Below are positions 46,101 to 58,400 of a stretch of 64,000 nucleotides of DNA, piece after piece (the stretch's first letter is position 1; each line of letters starts with the position of its first letter). This DNA comes from Balanoglossus misakiensis. Lineage: Eukaryota > Animalia > Hemichordata. The DNA is taken from NCBI GenBank assembly GCA_040954595.2, contig CM082576.2, positions 2,082,760-2,146,759 of the forward strand. The letters run 5' to 3'. The notes under the pieces were generated by a model. It ran no database searches. It saw only the letters and a program-made list of their open reading frames with translations, and was not told the DNA's origin. A program made the position numbers and the translations under genes.

Positions 46101-49100
46101 CAAGAAAACATTCAATAAACTGCATGGCTGGAGGTAACAGAAAGCCAAAGGTTTGAAAACACAGGAGGGTGTTTATCAGATTCAAATGAGTTATTTTCTT
46201 TCTACTTTTCTTCCTACCGTCCTGTTTTGACGACACACGCATACAGAGCGACCAATCGGTGATGAGGAGAAACCGTATGAGATTTTACAGCAGTGGGGAA
46301 TACACCGAGAAGAAGTGAAGTTTTTCCTTCGACACGAGAACGCTGTACCTCTGGGGAATGTGAATCCAGGTATGTTGGGACATTTGGTTGGTCTTTTCAT
46401 TGAAGTGCTACGTCTGTACAATACAAGCTTTTGCTCTTCTGTTCACATTCCGGCACACAACTCAGTCTGTGTGTGCTTTTACTGGAAAGTCACTCACTTG
46501 GAAAAGATTTTAACCTCCGGAGTGCTAATGCGTAAACAAAAATTCAGAGATTTTTGCTGTTATCTCAGGTTACCCAAATTGGGTGTTTTATCAGATCGTG
46601 TTATGCATTTAACTGAACCAGGATCTCAGCAATTATGCTGAATATCAATATTTTGGTTATGCAATGCTTCACGGTAATAACCTGAGGTCATCCAACAATT
46701 GGTCTGCGCCCCTCATGAATATTAAAGTTGTGTGTTTTGGCGTTCGAAGTATGCAACAACATCCTCAAGGAGTCTTTTAAAAGCAAATAAGAACAAATTC
46801 TTCCTGGTAAAACTGAAGCATTAGGATCTGATGCCCATGTAGAGGTAGGACGCAGACGATTGTCGAGTTTTATACTGTCTTATCTGTGGAGTCCTTGTGC
46901 CTGGGAAACCTGATTTTCATTAATTTCATGTGAGTTTCATTAATTTCATGTTGATTATTTCATCTATTTGCCCTGTCACCTGCTGTTTGGAAACATTCCT
47001 GAGTTTAATAGACCAGTGAAGTCTTTTCCCTTAGCAACGCTATTCATTATTGTGGCTGGGATAATGAACTCAGTGTCTGTATACGATACTTCCTGTGGTT
47101 GGAGTTGGTGGCATTCGTGAGTCACTATGGTGCATGAAGCACTTCCTCGTGGTGCCACAACAATCGGCTCACTGTTTTCAACCCACAATATACTCGCCAA
47201 CAAAAAAGGGGTCAGAGGGGAGTAGAAGAAAAGATACTTAGCGTCGCTAATGCTCTGTTCATGTTTTGTGACCGCTCGCAGTACACACGATGATTGAGGC
47301 GTATACATGTACTCACATGTGCATACACACACGCAGACACATACACAGACACACAGCTACACACCTGTTGTGTTGTGCTCACAGTATTGCTTTTACAATA
47401 AAGCCATTGCGTTTCAACACTATAAGTAAGATTTCAGTATGAAACTCCCTCCCCCCCCCCAACTGACCTCACGGCAACCTTCCAACCCTCCTTCCATCCC
47501 ATCTGTCCAATGTTGCTCTCATGTCACTCGTCATCCACGCAAATATCCATGTGATTGTCTGGATGATGGATCACTCAATACAACATGTGATGATAGGGTG
47601 TAGAGTAGCAGTAAAGTACACACAGCACAAGACTGACAATAAATACAAGTCATGGTTCCCTATCCTGGATGTAAATTTGAACAGCCAGGTGAACAGCGAC
47701 ATTGGATAGCCAGAGGGGGTCAATCTCCTGATGTGAATGGACTTGTTTACCAAATACGGAATACCCATGTCCAAGCATGTGTGGAGCTGGCAACTAGCTC
47801 TCAATTACCCTTTGCACGATCAGCAGTCTGTCCCCCTCCTCCTCCTTTTGCCTCCTTCCCTGTTTGGTGATGAATTTTTGAAGGAATTTGGTATTTTAAC
47901 AACAGATTTTGTGAGGCTCTAGAGAAGCTGTTTTGTATTTCAGTTGTAGTGGTATTTTGTTCCTGTTGGAACCTTGTAGCTTTTGTTGCCAGTTTAGTTG
48001 TGTCTAGGGAGCCCAGGAAGGTCACCATCTCTTGTGGTTTTATTGTACAATAAATTGGGATATTGACTTTGAACTCTGGATTCATCACACTGTACACAGT
48101 TGCAGGGTTAGACAATTACCTGATCATTGTCCATATTCTTTTGTGTTGAATTTATCGTGTTTTTGTATAGATGTGAGTGTGGAATGCTTTTAGCAGAGGT
48201 TTACATTGTGAAAATGAAGAAAAAAAGTAAGATTGTTTGCCTACGCTCAATCTGACTCTAATGTAAACAAGTCTGAATGGATGTTTTGTATGCACGTCTT
48301 GTGCTACGTTTTTTCTCCCTGTGTTGATCTCTGAGCAGAAAAAGAGCCAATCATCTAAAAGCTGTAAAAGGTATGAATCAATAGGTCCCCTCTGCTGCTG
48401 GGGTCACTTTCAACAAAAGAGAGAAGGAAGGTCACAAGAGATCAACCAACATCAGTGACCAGCCCAACCCAGCAGCTTTTAAACCCTGCTCTGAACGAAA
48501 GAAGGTTTCTGTCAGGCCATCAGCCATCTCTGTGTAGGACCAATTAAAATGGTACAGCGCCATCACAGTTCAGATACAGAAATGAAATGTTGGACTGTGG
48601 ATCTTGGCACACTTGTTCATGACGATGAGAAAATCAGCATAAAAAATCAAAACCATATCAAATGATTCTGAACTGACTGTTGAGTTGTTTCATAGAGACT
48701 ATCCTGGCAAATTCCAGGGTGTTATTACGGTGTGTTGTTCCACATGAGGTAGTAGAGGCGGCTGTCTTTGTTGCTGTTTAATCAATTTAAATTAGAGTCG
48801 ACCACCGCACTGCTGGTGCTAATTGGAATCCATTTAGTCGGAAGAATTCTGATTTGAAAAGCCATTGAGCAACAAACAACTAAACGGTTTTGTATATATT
48901 GTGCGATTAGTTGTTTTAAAACTGTCAAGGATTCACACGCTGAAGAGAAAAACAAAAGGCTTCCAACTATAGAAGGTACAAAATGTACATGTATGGTACA
49001 GACAAAAAAAGCTGTGTTCTGCATAACAGTTACACTAGTCTAAAATCCACCTTTGCCTTTGAACACAACTAATCGTCTTGATTTTGAAAACCTTTCAAAG

Positions 49101-49217
49101 GCACTCACCTCGTCAAGATACAGATTTTGATGCAGAACTTTTTTTGTGTACTTTGCAGGACGACGAAACAAGAAAAGAAACGGTGTCAACGAAATTGATG
49201 AGACTGAAGATTTGAGG
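37082..49217 (+). CDS. ASPP: ASPP family (PPP1R13B/TP53BP2-like) N-terminal ubiquitin-like/RA domain, partial: join(37082-37102,45047-45194,46247-46369,49159-49217); gene continues beyond the window
   Basis: [88 protein letters not shown] matches the ASPP N-terminus (M.L.V.LS...[12 protein letters not shown]...CHLAE.WRG.ERP...WG..[11 protein letters not shown]). Confidence 0.92.
45047..45194 (+). CDS. ASPP: ASPP exon, RA/Ub-like domain part 1
   Basis: ttcccag acceptor; MILKVYLS...[9 protein letters not shown]; G|gtaggt. Confidence 0.95.
46247..46369 (+). CDS. ASPP: ASPP exon, RA/Ub-like domain part 2
   Basis: [41 protein letters not shown]; G|gtatgt. Confidence 0.95.
49159..49217 (+). CDS. 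ASPP: ASPP small exon (GRRNKKRNGVNEIDETEDLR)
   Basis: ctttgcag acceptor; phase 1 in, phase 0 out; donor gtaagt; open frame. Confidence 0.75.
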
Positions 49218-51725
49218 GTAAGTACTTTGTTTTAATTGTATGAATGGTGTAGAACCCTGAGACATGAATGCTATGCAGGTCTAAATGTCACTTGCCCGTA
49301 TTCTTCTTTGCTTTGCATGGTCGATTCTGGGCAGTTCAAATTTGGACAAGTGTCTTTATTTATAGGTAAAAGTTCGGACGGGTTCCAAAAGATGCAGATG
49401 TCACCCTTGTTTGCAGGAAATGAAGTTATGGCACTGTTAAATACCCACTACTGCAATACCCCCAGGCTTTTGATAGTAACACATGACTGCATGGGAAATA
49501 TCCAACAGCTGTTTTTAGTTCCGCTTTGTGTGTTCATCATTTCCATCCCTCACTGCACTCTCAAGGTTTTCGGCAGTCTCTGATTCATTAAAGATAACCA
49601 CTGTCAGAATTTCAAAGTTTGGTGAACTTACTAAAACTTGTGCTTGAATCAGTTGTACATTCGCCACAGAGATTGCACTTACTAGTAATTTAATTTTTTT
49701 GATACCGGGATACTTCGCATTGATCAGATTCTATCATGTACAGTTGTTTATTGTATAGTATTTATTTCATCCCAGTGATGTTCTGTGTCTGTTTTGAACA
49801 GTGTATTCACTGTGTGACTTTGGTGGCAGTGTGGAATACAGCTTTTCACACTCGACCACATGGCTGGGCATCCAGGGAGACTAGACACGCCAACCTCAAA
49901 TGGGCCGCAGCTCTAAAGAATTTCTACTCCTAGTTGATGTTCACTTGCTTGTCTAACTTTTCCACAAAAAAATCAGAGAGTTTTAGGGCCACACAGAGAA
50001 CAACAAGAATGGAAAGTTTTAACGAGGATATCAATGCATGAAGGATATGTCACCAGTGAAATGAAAGGAGGGCTCCCCAATTTTTCCTTGGTAGATGGGC
50101 TTCTTTATTTTGTATATTACGAGCACCTGGGGACATCTGTTTGGCTTTCCATTTATTGTGAAATGCTGCAGTAAGTCTGTATTTGCAGATACTTAATTCA
50201 GAAGTCAATAAGGGTATTAGTCATTTAACATCCCTATATAATATCAAAATATTGGATGCTACTCCAATAATCCGTATAATTATTTAAATTGGTCCCGAGA
50301 CACCTATTAGAAGGTCCAACTTTGTTACTATTTGAAAAGACCATTGAGAGATAACCATGGCCAATATTGTTCATGTAGAACATCAATTCTAAAGATTAAA
50401 TCTCTTTGATTAATCTGTTTTATATTTTGGTAATTCCAATTCAGTGGCTTTTGTGGAAGAGACAAAAAAAATGTAAACAAGAGATTGTCCCTAAACAGAA
50501 GATTCAGTGTCGCAGAGAAAGATTCTTTTGTGGCGTAATAAGTTGATGTCTTCAGAGGCTTATCTCTCAAGACCATCAAACCTGGTCTTTTGAAAACCAA
50601 CAATACGAAGATGAAAAAGAAATCGAGAAAGGCAGTGATTTGTATCAAAGTAACATTATCATGCAGGACAGTGTGTTTCTATTCTTCTGGCGCCAGACCA
50701 AGAAAATGTACGATACCAAACGAATGTCGTAATTGTTGGTTTAATTCATTGTCATTCTAATTTCTGCAAAGATCTGTGACAAGTGTGTGGATTTGTTTTT
50801 TGGCCTATCGACCAATTGCTGGCTGTTTGCACTGGTATTGACTGCCCCCTGAAAGTTTGAAGCAGAGTTTCACATTCTATGGTATAGTCGCTATGCCGGA
50901 CACGTACATTGTGCGAGGGATTTACAAGTAGTACTCCATCAGTGAATTGAAGTGCAGCCAATGAGTTTCCCGATTCATCACAGGTAAAAAAAAATCTCTT
51001 TTTACCGTGAAAGTAATTAGTGCTGCTATTTGCTGCGCCTGTTTGGCATTTCTTTGGGGGGTTTTAATTCCTGAGGAAAATATGTTTGAAATCAATGACA
51101 ATGGGATTTAGCGAGTTCCTGCGTCAGGTGTTTGACTCTCAAGAGTGGCCATCTGGTTCTTTGTGTTTTTTAAAGCAGGATACCGCGCAATGGCATGTTT
51201 TTCTTCCTTGGATGTCGGATCGGTCAATCGGCATTTGTGTCAGCCAGTTGATCTTTCTGTGGGTGTTTGTTTGCTGTCAGCCAAGAGTTTAAAGAGATTT
51301 AATGTGTCATTTCTTTCTAAAACTGAAGTGACCTCCCCAATGTATTTGGGGTTGTTTCTGCTTTGGGCCGTTAGGACATGTTCGGTTTTACTATTTATTG
51401 AGCGGCAGTCAATTCAGGGAAAGAACACTCAAAGTGGCTTTTCAGCCTGTCCGCTGTGTCAACATTGGTAGCCTTTACTCTTCTATCCAGTCATTGACCC
51501 TCACTGTTTACATATTAATTATTCAGCTGGCCTTTGTGCACTCGCTCGCCCATCATCGAGTGACACTGCGTCTACCACTCCATTTTCTTGCCTGCCCCAA
51601 TCATGTCCTGTCCGAAACCCTCATGAGACGTCAGGGGTGTAGGATTTTCGGCAGTCCCTCTGTCTATCTCGTGAAACGTGAAATAGCCATTTGATTGTCA
51701 TACTGGACAGGGAGACACAGCAAAC

Positions 51726-51752
51726 ATGGATTACTTCAGCATTCGTGACTGG
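51726..51752 (+). CDS. Candidate ASPP alternative first exon A (MDYFSIRDW)
   Basis: aacATGg Kozak context, 9 codons, TGG|gtaagt, phase 0. Confidence 0.45.
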
Positions 51753-54700
51753 GTAAGTTCGGGACACCTTGTATTCAATTAATGGCATTCCACCGTGGTT
51801 GGTAATAGAGTACCTGCCCTTCACACTCTGCTAGAAGCCTTACCACTGAGATGAAAAGTGGAGGGAAACTGTCACTGAGACTGTACCACGTCTGGAAAAA
51901 AACACTCTGAGAAAAATTCTCAAGGTTACATAAGCTAAGTTATGGTTGTTTCGGAAATATGCTGGTAGCATGTTCTTACTACATATCGCAGCTTATGATG
52001 TTTTGAGCGTGTGTCTATTATAGGTCATATAAGGTGGCTGTGTGTTATTGCGAGTCTTCCTTTTTGTGAATATTATTACCATGTGATAGCTTTGGAGAGG
52101 AACCAATATTGCTCCACTGAATGTTATGGATGATATCATTGAAGTTTTTATGAGTACAGAAAAAAAGAATGTATGGTCAGTCGGAAGTACGGGATCAGGT
52201 CCGTGACGCCATGCCGGAATCACAAGCTTCATTAATGTAAGCTGCCCGTGAAAGTGCGGTGGTCTCACTTTACACGTTTGTGGTTGCTTGCCGTCCTCCT
52301 GGACATTCTGTCCATGTACTTTGTGAAGGCGCGTTAAATACATGGCCACAGTGTCGTCCACCACTCTCGTAAATGGTGAATAATGCCTTTACTTAGATCA
52401 GCACAATAGCTTTACAAAAACTCTACACGCACACACATACCAGACCTCTTTGTGAAAAACATGTTCTCCTTATAAACAGGAAATTCAAATCCAATTCAGA
52501 AGATTCCTTCTCAGGTCAAATGTGAAAAAAAAATAATCATCCTTGGTAGGATATTGCTGTAGTAATATAAAAAGCACATCATTCCCTACTATTAAGTCAG
52601 TGAAGTTCAAAGAAGTGAGTCTGGGCAATGGTCAAACCCACATGTGAATTTCAGACTAGATTGTCTACAGGTAGATTTCAAACATCAGAATCCATGCCAG
52701 AATGTGGCAGGCTTGAATGGCGTGAGAACAGGCATTTTTCTTTGAATTAATCATGTACGCCAGAAGACATTAACGTTAATAGCCACTGCAGGTGTACCCC
52801 ACCTCACTGAGTAACTCTGTGCGTTGGTAGAATCCCACTTAGTTTTTGAAATTAGACATAGTCGCCGATCCAAGATGGAATGCAATGTGTTACCCCTTTT
52901 GATGTTTATATCCATTGGCGCTGTATCTGTAAGTATGTGTGTTGGACAGTCATTAATCATTTAGCCACTCAATCAAGCTAACAACGCTGGCACCCAACTT
53001 CATGTTTGCAACTATTAAGTTAAGATCTGGGTGGATTGGATTGGGTTACATAAATGAGTCTTGCAGCAATGGGAAAACTATGCACTGACACTGACATGAC
53101 TTTTAGGTGTACCCTGCAGTTTTACCGTTTCCTTATGTCTCCCTTAACATAAAATTTATGATGCACTGGATACAGCATATTTTAAGAAATTGAAAACATG
53201 AGGGAAGGGGCTCTCTCCCTCTGGAATGAGTGTTTTCAAACATTATCCTTGTTGATAATTTGCATGAGGTGGTGACCTTGCCTAACCCCAGTCACTTGAA
53301 TTTGTTGACTGACCACAAGGGGCTTGTTGATAAATACAGCTTGGGATGTTACGGCCTCCATGAGACTAGTTGTATCAGTTGCCATAACATCATGCCATCT
53401 GGTTTGTGGTTGCCGTCTTTATACTATTTTGTAGGGTAGCTCTTTACATGTGGATAGACATGCTGGTGTATTAGGATGGGGCGAGGGGGGGGGGAGGCAA
53501 GACATTGTGATGTGGGCAGCAGTTCAGTAGCCTCGGTCTGGATTCCCGCCAGGCAGTTTGAGAGACACGGAGGAAAAGAAGTAACAAAGCAACCGCAAAC
53601 ATTACATTGTGAATGCCAACCCACCTAATATGAGATTCAATGGGTGATTCCTGTTGGGTAATCGTAGAAGTTAAGTCGTTGCTGTGAAATACACTGGGAC
53701 ACTGTTCGCTTGAGGAAAGCATGTCTGCATTTGAAATAACAGAATTGAGCCTTTGACTCTCAGTTGACATGTAGTCGATATACACCCTTAGTAGTTGGTT
53801 TTAATTAAAAAAACTCTTGCCAACTCTTGTCATTTCCCATAACAAAATGGTAGTTAGGACTGTCCGTCCATAGTTCCTGAGTTGATGCAGCGTGCTACGT
53901 CACACAAAAGAGTTTTTACAATCCTGTGAAGTGTACTGTTTTCGGCAGATAATTGTATGAAATGAAAGATTTGACCTTTTCAGTTACATGTAGGGTACAT
54001 TTTCTGTGTCATATTTTGGAATTAATTTATTTTCTACCTGCCCTATTATCACAAAATAATCATTAATGCTAGTAATAGTCGCTCAAAATAATCATCAGTT
54101 TTACTTCCAGAATGGTAATTAAACTGGGAAGTTCTGTTTCCATGAGGAAGTTGTGGTTGGTATCCATTGACTGTTACAGACACCAGTTGTAATGTTTTCG
54201 GCAGCCAGGGTGATTCTGATAAATAAAATACCCAGCATAACAAGCTGGATGGCTACATGCCTCTGCTATAGACATAAATCAGAGTGCATTGAAATAGGAC
54301 AATATGTTGCCGAGTTTATATTAATGTTGATGGCCGGAGTCAACAAGCTTCCTTTGGACACTCACAAACCGACAATTGGTTCCAGAGGGCATGGCAAATG
54401 CCCGCGTGTAAAGTTTCTGTGAAAATCATTTTGATTTAACAGTCTCCTCTGGATCACCTTTAATTGTTACAAATTGAGGAGTATTTTACTGGATCTTTGA
54501 AGGTGAGCCAGGAGTCTGTCAATCTTTTTACAGTTTTGAATTACCCTTTCTTCTCTGTGCATGGTTGCATTTCTATAGATGTCACTAAGCCATATAGGAG
54601 CAGTCCCCACCCCTTGCAAGTAGTCAAGGCGCAGCGTCCATTTACAGGAAAATAACGGTCGCTTTCTTGATGTAAACAAATGTGGGCAGTGGCAAGGATA

Positions 54701-55400
54701 TCATTTGAACCGTAAAATTTAATTTTTCCCGTGTTTATGTTATGACCATGTGCATCTGAACTGACAGGGGTGGACATGGATAATTCGAGTTTCAGAAAAA
54801 GTGGTTGTTGTGCACTTTTTTTTAAAGTTGTAAGAGTCACTGGTTGCCAAATAGCCATGCAGTGATTTGTTTTCTTTGGACATAAGGAATCCATCATGTT
54901 GTAGTGGTGAGGGTAAAACTGCATGAAGAATGTTTGCAAGAACTTTCTTTTCCCCTGACAGTGTTTAAAAAGGCCACAGTGTTTACCAATGTGTCCTGAC
55001 AGCAAGCAATGTCAAAGGCCAGTCATCAGGGAAGAGTGTCAGGTCATTATGTTTTATGGCAAATAAAGATAGGCACAAGTAGTTTGAATTAGAGTGACCA
55101 CACTGGGGTATTTTGGAGGCAACTTGTACCCGGGGACACAACTGGCTGACAGCTTCAGTGCTGTTATTGACTTCTATGGAATAAACAGCAGGCGTATGCG
55201 TTGGTGAAACCTGATATCTCCGATATCTGGCGTAGGCGCATACCATCTCGGCCCCGCCAGTCGCAGAGATCAGTAGTCTACTGGGTGTCTTGTGTGTGCG
55301 AGCTGTGAAAGCCTGTCCGCCGGCCTGCTGCCTTTGCCGCTGTCTTCAGTTCAACCAAATTCAGCCAACAAGTCGGATATCAGAAGATTTACTGATAGCC

Positions 55401-55433
55401 ATGGCAACTGCCGCACTTTGGCACCGGAGAATG
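55401..55433 (+). CDS. Candidate ASPP alternative first exon B (MATAALWHRRM)
   Basis: gccATGg Kozak context, 11 codons, ATG|gtgagt, phase 0; GC/CpG-rich upstream region with GC box GCCCCGCC at 55251. Confidence 0.55.
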
Positions 55434-58400
55434 GTGAGTCCGGTTTTTCAGTCCAAGCAGCAAATTCGGCGTTGGGATGACCCCGGAGTGTGAAAAACAC
55501 CCCACCCCTTTGACTGTCAATGTAGAACTGATGTGCGAGGATTCTCAACTTATACACACTCTTCTTTTTGTATGTCAATCAGTTTGAGGTCAGAAACAGA
55601 GAAATTTTGGTTGAAAATGAAAGAAGTTGATCTGGTAAAGTAGATGGTGTTTGGGGAGTGTGGTCTTCAGTTGTGCAAGTGATTAAGATTACAACTTCTC
55701 CTTATCTGCTTTGTAGTTGAAAGTGATTTATGCTCCTCCTCATTCCCAGAAGCATGTTTCCATTCTCTATATACTCACAGTATACTTGCCACAATCCTTG
55801 GAACAGTTGGTCAATTCATTCTGTGGCAGATTTGAGAGAGAGAGAAAAAAGAAAAATGTCCTCTTCAGTCCAGCAATCAATTCCAGTGTCTGGTTCTGGT
55901 GAATTAATCACAGCCCAACAGGAATGCTGGGTCTACTTGACCTCATAGAGGATCATTTTTTTGGCTTTCAAGTTACAGCAGTTTTCTAGACTTGTTTAGA
56001 TTAGATACACTCTTGTGATGTCAGTGTGTCTGGCTCTCTTTCCCTCCCACCAAAGGAAACCAATAAAACCTGTTCTAAAGCCGTCTTTCCGGCCATCTTT
56101 TCCTGTCTGGTTTACCCTGAAAAAGTGTATTAATAGCCTCTCTTTAAAGTGTCAAGTATAAACTCAGCAGTACAGTGGCTTTGTTGATATCTGTTGCTCC
56201 AGTTTATACGATTTTGTATCTGAAGTACAAATTGTCTGTGTCAGAGACAACAGAATGAGGAAATCAAAAGAAAAAGCATTGTATGAGTGTCTGGCTTTTA
56301 TAAGGAATTCAACTAAATCTGGTTTGCCTTGATGTCACTCAAGACCAGACTGTTTCCATCGGTGCACATGCAGTCTCCCTAATAACTACAAGCCTTCCAC
56401 TTGGAAACCGATACATGCGTAGCGTCCTCAACACTTCCCTTTGAAGTGTGCCGCCACTTGTATATGTTGGCACCCTGAGTCAATGAAACCTACGTAACGT
56501 GAACTTGTGGGTTGGAAATCAAACCATATCCATCCACAGTCAGGCATTTCGCCACACAGGTAATCTTGAATGGAGGGCGGGTCAGGTGAATTGATGAAAA
56601 GCAACTTTTTCCATCTCTGATTTGTAATTCAGACCTTACTGTACCCAGTTCTAATAAAAGAATTAACAAGATGGTGTTTCCAATTAGATCTCGCAGCCTC
56701 ACTTGTTAGCATTCCGTCTCTCTATCTGAAATGTCACTCCAGCCGTGACCTGCACACCAGAGCATGTATAAATGTAGCTTTCTGATAGTATATCAGAATG
56801 GAATATACACCTCTGAGGAAACTCGAAACATTCTCCGTGCCGCTGAAATAACACATTGTTTAAACTACTTTATTAGGGTCCGTTGTGAAGGATGCAATGA
56901 TTAATGATGGCCAGTAATTGGATTCAGAAGATAACTTCAAAATCAAAGTGCCGCTGTTTGGGTTTTCCCTGAAAAGAAAAGCAAAAAATCGCTGCATTGG
57001 TGAAATTCAAATAGCGTAAAGATAGCTTCATCCACAACGAGCTTTCCTGCAGAGAAGATGTAGATGTTTGCCTTCACATTACAGTCTTATTGGATAGAAC
57101 GTGGCCACTTGAAAACTTAACTTTTGATCTTTGACATTCACAGAAGAATTACTGCTTTGACATGTTAGAATTGATTTATTGCTCTGCCCTAAATTTGCCG
57201 GCTTCTTCTTCAAAGAAATGAAAAATAATGAAGTCAAAATTTGAGATTTAGAGTTCGCTCAAGATCCAAAGAGAACACCTGCATACAGCATGTCAGTTAG
57301 GCAATGCAGCGGAGAAGAATTGTTGATCTCTAGGAGTTCCAAAAGTATGCCATTTTAAAAATAAATGGTGATGATAGCATAGCTGATTTCCATATGCTGG
57401 CGAAGAATGCCCACTCTGGTATTTCAGTGAGCTCAGGTTAAGCTGTTGAGCCACAGCTGGTCTGCTCATCAGTTCACAACATCAGCTTGCTGTGGAATTT
57501 TTTGGTGCATCACTGGAATTTTTTTTTTTTTTAGGTGTCAATATGAACAGTTCATCATTTTCAGTTGTCATCAAGAACTTCAAAACAAGACTTGGTACTC
57601 ACAGCTCACACAAAATTATGGTGGCGTTATGTACTGGTTAGAGGCTAGCTTGTATAATTTATGCTTAAAGGCCTATATAGGTTGCTATGGGCAACAAATG
57701 TGGGCCTTTTAATAAGCATAAATTGTCTTGTATGTCACTCACATTTATTATGTCATATTTATCATGTCATAAGTCTCATAGAAGATGAAATTCTAGTACT
57801 GTAGTATGTAATAAAGATAAACGATTTTAAGGGTAAATGGAAATAAATTAGAAATGAGTAATGAAAAAGGACATTCAATACCGTATATTCATTTACCATC
57901 GACTGTTGAAATGAAATATCCTACAAATGTCATCACCAAGTATTTTAAAGTAGGCCATGGAGATAAAAAAAGTTTTATTTTGGGAGGTGGAAAGGTAGTA
58001 TTTCAATAGCGGGAGTCTGCTTACAACTGTGAAATATGGTTGTGATACCAGTGCCCAGATACCGAGAAACCACAGTATCCAAGCGTACTTGTATATGGTA
58101 CGTACTACTACTACATGTAAGACTTGAGTCTCGAAATATAAACTGTGTTGATCAGGAGTAGATGAATGGGGTCCAGAGTGTCAGTTTAAATGTTTCTTAT
58201 CAGCACGAGCAATGGTGATGTCCCTGGCGAACAGTTACTGTACATGGTATGCCATCGAGAGTCAACTGTCTTACACACACACCAAGTCAAGCCAGTGTTT
58301 CCTATGTCAATAGTGACCTGGTCAGTGGTGGTGAGTGTAACCATGGTAGATGTTGTCCAACCTACTTGTGGATGATTCAGTTCTTGGCAAAGCCTACTGT

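Noticed and set aside
50961-50983. ATG...CAG|gtaaaa as another ASPP first exon
   Set aside because: Exits in phase 2, incompatible with the phase-0 intron; weak donor.
58190-58330. ORF ending at GTG|gtgagt in phase 0
   Set aside because: Weak start context, non-coding-like composition and no promoter features.
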